From the NCBI RefSeq assembly GCF_041262085.1, contig NZ_JBGCCM010000014.1, positions 1,120 through 25,119 on the forward strand: 24,000 nt of DNA. Direction: 5' to 3'. Below are positions 7,835 to 14,286 of this stretch, piece after piece. The translations under genes and the position numbers were made by a program. The stretch's first letter is position 1. Every line of letters begins with the position of its first letter. Source of the DNA: Catenulispora sp. GAS73 (GTDB lineage Bacteria; Actinomycetota; Actinomycetes; Streptomycetales; Catenulisporaceae). The notes under the pieces are model-generated. The model made no database searches and was not told the DNA's origin. It was given only the letters and a program-made list of their open reading frames with translations.

Positions 7835-10026
7835 TGGCCGCCGGGACGCCGCCGTCCGCCCCGCGACCGGGAGACGCCGTGGATTACCGGACCACGCGGG
7901 ACCCGGACCCGGGTTCGCGCCCGGACGAGCCGACGCAGCCCGGCCGGGTGGCGGCGCACCGGGCCTGTCGATGGGCGGCCGCGCTGCTCGCCCTGGTTAC
8001 CCTCGCGGGCGCCGCGGCCTGCGCCGGGCCGCCCTCCAAGGGCGACGTCCGCAGCGCCCCGCTGAATCAGAGCCGCAACAACGTGGCCATCCTGGCCAAC
8101 GAACCGACGCCCTCGATGCCGCCGGGGCTGCTGGTGACCAGCTTCCTGCAGGCGCTGACCGGCGACCAGGAGGATCCGAGCTTCAGCGTCGCCCAGGAGT
8201 TCCTGACTCCCGAGGCCCGCAGCAAGTGGATCCCCGCCGGCTCCACCTGGACCGGCACGACCAAGATCGTGGGATACGAGGTCTCGGTCCCGGACGCCCC
8301 GCAGACCGCGAACCACTCCGCGCACCCGGCCGAGGGGGCCGGGGCCGCCACCGCGCCGCAGGCCGCCGCGCCGACGCCGGTCGGTGCGGAGCAGACGATC
8401 AGCGTGAGCGGTGCCCAGGTGGCCCAGATCGACCCGTACGGCTTCTTCCAGTTCCAGACCGGGCCCGTCATCCAGCAGTTCACGCTGAAGTACCTGGGCG
8501 CGTCGGTCGGGTGGCGGATCGCCACGCCCCCGGACTTCCGGATGATCCATCCGGATTCTTTCAAGCGCGCCTACCAGGAGTACCAGTCACCGCTGGCGGT
8601 CTACCTGCCCTCGCACGGCTCCGCGGCCCCGGTGACGGACCAGGTCTACCTGACCCAGGACTCCGGCAAGGTCGACTACACCTACGACGCACTGGCCCGT
8701 GCCGTGCTGCACGGCCGGCTCAGCTCGCAGGACACCGGCCTGACGCTGGCCCGTCCGGTGACCGTGGACTCCAACGGCCTGGCCCGCGTGACCCTGCAGA
8801 CCCCGCCGCCCGGCCGGGCGGGCCTGGTCACCGACGTGCAGCTGGCCCTGACCAGGACCTTCCGGGACGCCTCGGAGAACCAGCAACTGCTCTCCTCGAC
8901 AGCGCTGAGCCAGGTGCTCGTCGACTACCCGGGCTGCACTTCGTGCAATCCGAACAGCGTCGCCCCGGACGGCTCGACGACCCCGCCGGTGTACTGGGTG
9001 TGTCCCCAGACGCAGGGCGACTCGAACGCCGCGATCGTCGACCGGCCACAGCTGTCAGGGGGCGCCGACGCACCCGCCGTCTGCCCGGCGAACGGTGCGA
9101 AGGTCCCGTCCCTGGTCCCGTTGACCGGCATCCAGTTGGAGAAGGACACGCCGATCGCGGTGAAGCAGACCTCCGACTCCTCCGACGCCAAGTCGCCGCA
9201 GTCCATGACCTTCGTGGCCGCGGTCGAGCACAGCGGCGCGGTGGTCGTCCTCGACGACAAGAACAACGCCCAGCAGGTCTGGTACCGCGCGAAATCCGCG
9301 AACGGCGTGACCGACCTGGAGTGGGATCCGACGGACGGCTCGCTGTGGGTGGTCGACAACAAGAACCTCTACCGGGTTCAGGACCCCGTGGCCCCGGGGT
9401 CGGGCGACGGCACGCCCCAGCAGATCCCGATCCCGATACCCGACCAGCAGGTGGTCCGTTTCAAGCCCTCTCCGGACGGTCTGCGCGCGGTCGTGGTGAG
9501 CGGCCCGAGCACCACCGATCCCTCGGGCGCGGCCGGTCCGCAGACGGCCACGATGGTGTTTATCGCGCGCACCGGCGGCAGTGTCGCCCTGACCGGCCTC
9601 GACGGGTCGCCCTCTGGGGCGTTCTCGCTGGTCCAGGCCCTCACAACGGATGCGGAGGCGTCGCACGACGGTCTGCAGCACGACGTCCTGCAGACCGTCA
9701 CCGACGCCGCCTGGGCCGACGGCCGCACCGTGGTGCTGCTCGGGTTGCAGCAGGCCGGGTCGAGCACGCCGAAGCTCTACAGGCTGTACCTGGACGGTTC
9801 GCAGGACTCGACGATCATGGCTCCCGAGGACGCCCAGACCGCCGCCAGGCACATCGCCGCGGTGACCGGGATGATCGGCGGGCACGCCTCGCTGTGGACG
9901 TTCAGCGACGCCCCCGGGCCCACGGATTCGAACACCACGTATTCGTACTTCAAGCGCAGCAGTGGTGCGGACAGCTTCCAGGAGTCGGGCTGGAGTCCGG
10001 TCGCGGCGACGGCGACGGCCGGCTGA
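7834..10026 (+). CDS. lpqB: Lipoprotein LpqB (MtrAB-associated)
   Basis: ORF 7834..10026 (730 aa), translationally coupled to mtrB. A signal-like stretch, WAAALLALVTLAGAAAC, ends in a lipobox-like AAAC about 60 residues in. The rest is a large Ser/Thr/Pro/Gly-rich secreted domain. Its position after mtrAB is diagnostic. An alternative in-frame start at GTG 7948 would give a conventional short signal peptide. Confidence 0.88.
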   Translation: MAAGTPPSAPRPGDAVDYRTTRDPDPGSRPDEPTQPGRVAAHRACRWAAALLALVTLAGAAACAGPPSKGDVRSAPLNQSRNNVAILANEPTPSMPPGLLVTSFLQALTGDQEDPSFSVAQEFLTPEARSKWIPAGSTWTGTTKIVGYEVSVPDAPQTANHSAHPAEGAGAATAPQAAAPTPVGAEQTISVSGAQVAQIDPYGFFQFQTGPVIQQFTLKYLGASVGWRIATPPDFRMIHPDSFKRAYQEYQSPLAVYLPSHGSAAPVTDQVYLTQDSGKVDYTYDALARAVLHGRLSSQDTGLTLARPVTVDSNGLARVTLQTPPPGRAGLVTDVQLALTRTFRDASENQQLLSSTALSQVLVDYPGCTSCNPNSVAPDGSTTPPVYWVCPQTQGDSNAAIVDRPQLSGGADAPAVCPANGAKVPSLVPLTGIQLEKDTPIAVKQTSDSSDAKSPQSMTFVAAVEHSGAVVVLDDKNNAQQVWYRAKSANGVTDLEWDPTDGSLWVVDNKNLYRVQDPVAPGSGDGTPQQIPIPIPDQQVVRFKPSPDGLRAVVVSGPSTTDPSGAAGPQTATMVFIARTGGSVALTGLDGSPSGAFSLVQALTTDAEASHDGLQHDVLQTVTDAAWADGRTVVLLGLQQAGSSTPKLYRLYLDGSQDSTIMAPEDAQTAARHIAAVTGMIGGHASLWTFSDAPGPTDSNTTYSYFKRSSGADSFQESGWSPVAATATAG

Positions 10027-10144
10027 GTCACGGCGGCCGGCGGAGTCACGACAGAGGGCTGACCGCCGAGGCCGGCTGGCGCGGGTAACCGGGCATAGCG
10101 GATAATTCCGCCACGTTCCGACCACAGCGCGACCCGGGGGTCCG

Positions 10145-10858
10145 ATGCCGCTCGTCCGCCCGCTCTGGGCCGCTCTGCTCGATCTGGCAGCCGAGCGTGA
10201 CTGCGGCGGCTGCGGGCGTCCGCAGCCCTCCGGAGAGCCACTGTGCCCCGCCTGCGACGGCCTGCTGGCCGAGGGCGGGCCGTGGCGCACGCTGGCGGCC
10301 GTGCCCGGCACCCCGCGCACGCACGCGGTGGCCCGCTACGAGGACCCGGTTCGGACGATGCTCATCGGGTACAAGGAGCGCGGCCGTGTCGATCTGCGGC
10401 GCGCGCTGGGCCGGGCGCTCGCGCGGGCCGTCGCGCAGACGCTCGACACCGCGCTCGACACGGCGGGTGCCGCGGGCTGCGCGTCGGTGGCGCTGGTTCC
10501 CATGCCCTCTCGCCGCAAAGCCGTCCGCGACCGTGGCCAGGACACCACTGCGCGCCTGGCCAGGACCGCGGCGCGGGCCCTGAGCGAGGTCGGGCTTCCG
10601 GTGCGTGCCGTGGCCGCGCTCCGGCATGCTCGCGCCGTCGAGGACCAGGCAGGGCTGTCGCGTGAGCAGCGTCAGGCGAATCTGGCGGGAGCCCTGCGGG
10701 CCCGCCGTCCGGCGGCGGTCGCCACTTCCAGTGTGGTGCTCGTCGACGACATCAGCACCAGCGGCGCCAGCCTCGCGGAGGCGTCCCGCGCGCTGCGGGA
10801 GGCCGGCGTGCCGGTCCTCGGCGCGGCCACGATCGCCGCCGCGCGGGTCCGCTCGTAA
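10145..10858 (+). CDS. ComF-family phosphoribosyltransferase-domain protein
   Basis: ORF 10145..10858 (237 aa). The N-terminus has a Cys-pair motif (CGGCG...CPAC) and the C-terminus has a PRTase motif (VVLVDDISTSGASLAEA). It occupies the conserved position between lpqB and hpf in actinobacteria. Confidence 0.85.
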   Translation: MPLVRPLWAALLDLAAERDCGGCGRPQPSGEPLCPACDGLLAEGGPWRTLAAVPGTPRTHAVARYEDPVRTMLIGYKERGRVDLRRALGRALARAVAQTLDTALDTAGAAGCASVALVPMPSRRKAVRDRGQDTTARLARTAARALSEVGLPVRAVAALRHARAVEDQAGLSREQRQANLAGALRARRPAAVATSSVVLVDDISTSGASLAEASRALREAGVPVLGAATIAAARVRS

Positions 10859-11243
10859 GAGGTGCCCGACCGCCGTCTCACTTTGTGAACTACCGAGGAA
10901 TCGGCACGAAACCGCACACAAACCCCGGTCGAACACCGTTCCGATCACTCGAACGGTCCAACGCCGCCTCCGGCCCCTTCCGCCGAGCGCGATCCGGGGC
11001 TAGTTTTCAGCCATAGGCACCCGCGCACGAGACAGTGAGCAGGCACGATGCGCACCAGCACGCACATAATCAGCCGCCTGTAGCAGGCGGCCGGCCGGTT
11101 CCGACGGCTTGATCCCTCTTCCCCGACACCTCGCGAGAACTCGCGTCGCAGCCGTACCCCCGGCGACTCCCGCCGGAACCCGTATCGGCTGTGACTTCCT
11201 CCACTCAGGAAACCGGGCACCAAGGGGACCCGGCGTACGTTAG

Positions 11244-11282
11244 AGATCTACAAGTCAATACAGATCTACAAGTCAATACAGA
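11244..11282. repeat. Perfect 18-bp tandem duplication AGATCTACAAGTCAATAC x2 plus a partial third copy (AGA)
   Basis: Read directly: 11244-11261 and 11262-11279 are identical, and 11280-11282 begins a third copy. The patch is AT-rich in a ~70% GC genome and lies ~120-160 nt upstream of the hpf start. Each unit begins with the palindrome AGATCT, which recurs at 11374-11379. Confidence 0.9.
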
Positions 11283-11402
11283 CTCAACGTCAGAGCAGTC
11301 CCCGATCACTTCGCGGAGGCGCCGCTGGATTCACTCTCATTCGACGCCGAAGCCGAGCCCTTGAGCCCGGCACAGATCTGAACGCGAGATTGGAGAACGC
11401 GC

Positions 11403-12119
11403 GTGGACATCGTCGTCAAGAGCCGCCACCACGAGGTGACCGACAGGTTCCGTCGGCACGTCATGGAGAAGCTGGCCAAGGTTGAGGAGATGGATGGCAA
11501 GGCCATCAGCCTCACCGTCGTCCTCGGCGAGGAGAAGAACCCCCGCCAGGCCGAGAGCAAGGACCGGATCGAGCTGACGCTGGACTGCCCCCGGGCCCCC
11601 GTGATCCGGGCCGAGGCCTGTGCCGGCGACCCGTATTCAGCGCTCGACATGGCCGCAGCCAAGCTTCAGGCGCAGCTCCGCAGGGCCAAGGACCGCAAGA
11701 AGATCCACCGCAACCGCAAGGCGATCGCGGACTCCATCAAGCACCTCCCGCCGATGGCGGACCTGCCACCGGGCACGGAACCGTTGCTGACGGCGGACGG
11801 CGCGGTCAGCGACAACCCCGAGGTGGACCTCCAGCCCTACGGCATCCCCGGCCCCACGCACGACGACGGTCCCATGGTGGTCCGCGAGAAGACGCACTCC
11901 GCGGCCCCGATGACGCTCGACCAGGCGCTGTACGAGATGGAACTCGTCGGCCACGACTTCTACCTCTACGTGGACAAGGACTCCGGCCTGCCGGCGGTCG
12001 TCTACCGGCGACGCGCCTACGACTACGGAGTGATCCGCCTGGAGCCCGGGGAGGAGCATGCCGAGCCGATGATCAACGGTTCGTCGCCCTCCGACCGGAT
12101 GGCCAGTTCCCGCCGTTGA
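11403..12119 (+). CDS. hpf: Ribosome hibernation promoting factor (long HPF)
   Basis: ORF 11403..12119 with a GTG start and GGAG at 11392-11395 (7-nt spacing). The N-terminal RaiA/HPF fold pattern is (V)DIVVKSRHHEVTDRFRRHVMEKLAKV. After a linker, the C-terminal dimerisation domain reads MVVREKTHSAAPMTLDQALYEMELVGHDFYLYVDKDSGLPAVVYRRRAYDYGVIRLEP. Confidence 0.93.
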   Translation: MDIVVKSRHHEVTDRFRRHVMEKLAKVEEMDGKAISLTVVLGEEKNPRQAESKDRIELTLDCPRAPVIRAEACAGDPYSALDMAAAKLQAQLRRAKDRKKIHRNRKAIADSIKHLPPMADLPPGTEPLLTADGAVSDNPEVDLQPYGIPGPTHDDGPMVVREKTHSAAPMTLDQALYEMELVGHDFYLYVDKDSGLPAVVYRRRAYDYGVIRLEPGEEHAEPMINGSSPSDRMASSRR

Positions 12120-12171
12120 GCCCCTCCGAACGCGGCTGACGCGCAGCCGGCAGAGCTCTGATCTCAAAGGA

Positions 12172-12211
12172 CTCCTTCGCGGGGCCGGGCGCACCCGGCC
12201 CCGCGAAGGAG
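12172..12211 (+). terminator. Intrinsic-terminator-like hairpin downstream of hpf
   Basis: Perfect 18-bp stem, CTCCTTCGCGGGGCCGGG (12172-12189) paired with CCCGGCCCCGCGAAGGAG (12194-12211), with a 4-nt loop CGCA. It begins 53 nt after the hpf stop. There is no U-tail, which is common for actinobacterial terminators. Confidence 0.7.
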
Positions 12212-12275
12212 CGAGGTTCAACGATCACCCAGATGGGTAATGTCACTTGTCCTTCTGAGGTGTCATCATGGAGCT

Positions 12276-12953
12276 GTGTCGGAAGCCATAAGAGTCCTCA
12301 TAGCCGACGACCACACGTTGCTGCGCCGAGGCCTGGCCGTCGTCCTGGACACCGAGGACGACATCGAGGTGGTGGGCGAGGCGTCGGACGGCGCGGAAGC
12401 GCTGCACAAGGCTGAGGAACTCGCCCCGGACGTGGTGATCCTGGACGTCCGCATGCCCGACACCGACGGTCTGACGGCGTGCGCGGCGATCAAACGCTCG
12501 GTCCCGGGCGCCAAGGTCATCATGCTGACCTCCAGCGACGAGGAGACCGACCTCTACGAGGCGGTGAAGTCCGGGGCCTCGGGCTACCTGCTCAAAAGCG
12601 TGCTGCCGCACACCATCCCGGACGCGCTGCGCGCCGTCCAGCGCGGCGAGTCGCAGGTCAGCCCCTCGATGGCGGCCAAGCTGATGACCGGTTTCGCGGC
12701 CCTGGCCCGCGGTGCGGACGCCGCCCCCGCGGCCGATCCGGTCGCCCCGGCGCCCAAGCTCACCGACCGCGAGATGGAAGTGCTCAAGCTGGTGGCCACC
12801 GGACGCAACAACCGGGAGATCGCCAAGGAGTTGTTCATCACCGAGAACACGGTGAAGAACCACGTCCGCAACATCCTTGAGAAGCTGAACCTGCATTCGC
12901 GCATGGAAGCCGTGGTGTACGCCGTGCGGGAGAAACTGCTGGAGATCACCTAG
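12276..12953 (+). CDS. NarL/LuxR-family response regulator (no adjacent kinase)
   Basis: ORF 12240..12953. The receiver domain has IRVLIADDH, the phospho-acceptor context VVILDVRMPDTDG, then MLTSS and YLLKS. An Ala/Pro linker precedes the LuxR HTH (LTDREMEVLKLVATGRNNREIAKELFITENTVKNHVRNILEKL). I prefer start GTG 12276, which gives the typical M-SEAIRVLIADDH N-terminus and ~225 aa. ATG 12240 is the longest-ORF alternative. Neither start has a well-spaced SD. Confidence 0.88.
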   Translation: MSEAIRVLIADDHTLLRRGLAVVLDTEDDIEVVGEASDGAEALHKAEELAPDVVILDVRMPDTDGLTACAAIKRSVPGAKVIMLTSSDEETDLYEAVKSGASGYLLKSVLPHTIPDALRAVQRGESQVSPSMAAKLMTGFAALARGADAAPAADPVAPAPKLTDREMEVLKLVATGRNNREIAKELFITENTVKNHVRNILEKLNLHSRMEAVVYAVREKLLEIT

Positions 12954-12963
12954 CCTTCGCTGC

Positions 12964-12994
12964 TTGACATAGCAAGACGCCACCCGCGTAGGTT
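12964..12994 (+). promoter_or_regulatory. Candidate housekeeping-sigma-type promoter giving a leaderless transcript of the downstream gene
   Basis: A perfect TTGACA sits at 12964-12969 and TAGGTT (a TAGRRT-like -10) at 12989-12994. The spacer is 19 nt, or 18 nt if the -10 is read as GTAGGT. The ATG at 13002 lies 7-8 nt downstream of the -10, and there is no SD in between. Confidence 0.35.
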
Positions 12995-13001
12995 CGTGAC
13001 C

Positions 13002-13829
13002 ATGGACATATCCGTGACGTTGAGAGACGCCGCGGACGGCGGGGTGATAGCGCGCACGACGGTGCCGTCGGAGAACCTTCCCCCGGCGTTCGACGGCACG
13101 CAGATGCTGGAAGCAGCCGGACAGGTCTGGCGGGTGGCCCGCGCCGAGCCGGCCTTCCGCGAGGAGTACGAGCTGATCGGCGAGCTGGAGCTGACCCTGC
13201 GCCGGGTCGAGCAGGAGCCGCGGGTCGAGATGCTGCCGGCCCGCGACATCCACTTCAGCATGTCCAGCATCAGCGACCGCCTGCCGGACATCGCCGGACC
13301 GCTCGACGGCCGCACGGTACTGCTGGTGAAGGACGACCTGTGGCGCGACGTGGAGCTGATCGGCCCGGCCGGCGCGACCGCCGTCGAGGAGAACCTCCTG
13401 GCCATCCGCCGCATCCAGGACGAATTCCGCTCCGGCCCCGGCTTCACCGAGATCCACCTGCGCACCACCCCCGCCGAACCCCTGGCCGGCGTCACACTCA
13501 CCGTCGAGGACCTGGCGGCGGGCCTGGGCACCACCACGCACTTCGTCCGCCCGGTAGCGATCGAGGGCCGCGGCGTGGTGCACGGCGGCTACGCCCTGAC
13601 CGTCGCCGACGGCGTGCACGTCTACGGCCAGGTCGACCCGGCGAGCCGCGTGACCGTGGCCGGCGTGCACCGCACCGGCATCGCGGGCACCGAGGTCGCC
13701 GCCGCCTTCGGCGCCCTGCTGCGCGAGCGCGGCCTGGAACTGGTCGACTGGCGCGGCGGCCTGCGAACCGACGACGCCGAGATCCTGGCCGGCTGGTTCG
13801 GGACGCCCCCGCAGCCGCTGTGGCGGTAG
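13002..13829 (+). CDS. Hypothetical protein (275 aa, no family recognised)
   Basis: ORF 12996..13829 with high GC3 and acidic, non-repetitive composition (MDISVTLRDAADGGVIARTTVPSENLPP...GPGFTEIHLRTTPAEPLAGVTLTVEDLAAG...LAGWFGTPPQPLWR). There is no TM helix or signal peptide. I chose ATG 13002 over GTG 12996 because of the leaderless-promoter geometry. Confidence 0.7.
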   Translation: MDISVTLRDAADGGVIARTTVPSENLPPAFDGTQMLEAAGQVWRVARAEPAFREEYELIGELELTLRRVEQEPRVEMLPARDIHFSMSSISDRLPDIAGPLDGRTVLLVKDDLWRDVELIGPAGATAVEENLLAIRRIQDEFRSGPGFTEIHLRTTPAEPLAGVTLTVEDLAAGLGTTTHFVRPVAIEGRGVVHGGYALTVADGVHVYGQVDPASRVTVAGVHRTGIAGTEVAAAFGALLRERGLELVDWRGGLRTDDAEILAGWFGTPPQPLWR

Positions 13830-13920
13830 GGGAGCGCGATCGCGGTTTCGGGTGCCGCCGCTCTGTTGAGGACAATCGAGGGCAATCGCCGGGGCTGTCA
13901 TCGTGGGTTGATTGCTCGCC

Positions 13921-14275
13921 TGCCGCCGCACCAGGCCTTCAAAGCCGTCGGCCGCTGGGATTTTGGCCGCGAGCAGACTGATCCTGCTGCGCTGCCACCG
14001 CCGCACCGGGCCCTCAATGCTGTCGGCCGCTGGGATTTTGCTCCCGAGCCCACTGGTCCTGCTGCGCTGCCGCCGCCGCGCCGAGCCCACAATGCCGCCG
14101 GCGATGTGGTTTTACTTGCGAGCGGACTGATCGCGATGTGCGGCTGCGCGTAGCCTGCCACCGTGCCGCCGCACGGTTTTTGCTCGCGAGCCGACTGGTC
14201 CTGCTGCGCTGCACCGAGCCCTCAATGCCGCCGGCAATATGGTTTTTGCTCGCGAGCTGACCGATCCCGATTATC
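13921..14275. repeat. Degenerate tandem repeat array, about 72-bp period, 5 units
   Basis: The units are U1 13921-13992 (72 bp), U2 13993-14067 (75), U3 14068-14155 (88), U4 14156-14209 (54, internal deletion) and U5 14210-14275 (66). The shared core is TGCC(R)CCGCCGCACCGAGCCCTCAATGCCGNCGGC...TGG(T/A)TTTTGCTCGCGAGCNGACTGRTCCTGCTGCGC. The anchor CTGCTGCGCTGC occurs at 13984, 14059 and 14201. Confidence 0.85.
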
Positions 14276-14286
14276 TGCCGCAGCCC

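Noticed and set aside
7971-10088. 705-aa plus-strand ORF in an alternative frame of lpqB, plus minus-strand ORFs 9055..10320 and 7444..8550
   Set aside because: They are Arg/Gly/Pro-rich frame-shadow translations. The lpqB frame has the signal/lipobox and sensible composition.
10945-11223. 92-aa minus-strand ORF in the comF-hpf spacer
   Set aside because: It is Arg-rich with mediocre GC3 (roughly 70% versus above 90% in neighbouring genes), no SD and no recognisable motif. It is probably non-coding, but it would need conservation or Ribo-seq data to exclude fully.
12268-12291. 7-codon ORF (MELCRKP) with the best SD-ATG geometry in the regulator's 5' region (GAGG at 12257-12260, 7-nt spacing), overlapping the candidate GTG start out of frame
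   Set aside because: It is too short to evaluate from sequence alone and could easily be chance. It is noted only because neither candidate start of the response regulator has a good SD.
12243-14090. 615-aa minus-strand ORF spanning the response regulator, the hypothetical gene and part of the repeat array
   Set aside because: It is antisense to two plus-strand genes with clear coding signal (receiver/HTH motifs, high GC3). The translation is low-complexity.
13866-14153. 95-aa ORF across the tandem array giving a repeated peptide (LPPPHRALNAVGRWDF...). Similar ORFs lie at 13898..14161, 13912..14130 and 14014..14214, and at the 5' end of 14163..15332.
   Set aside because: Third-position GC is far below that of genuine genes here, with many GAT/TTT/ACT/CCT/GCT codons. 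Unit 3 breaks the frame. Several overlapping frames are equally open, and there is no SD. A decayed pseudogene cannot be excluded.
13921-14275. Possibility that the repeat array is a CRISPR locus
   Set aside because: The units are contiguous with no unique spacers, they are degenerate rather than near-identical, and there are no cas genes in the window.
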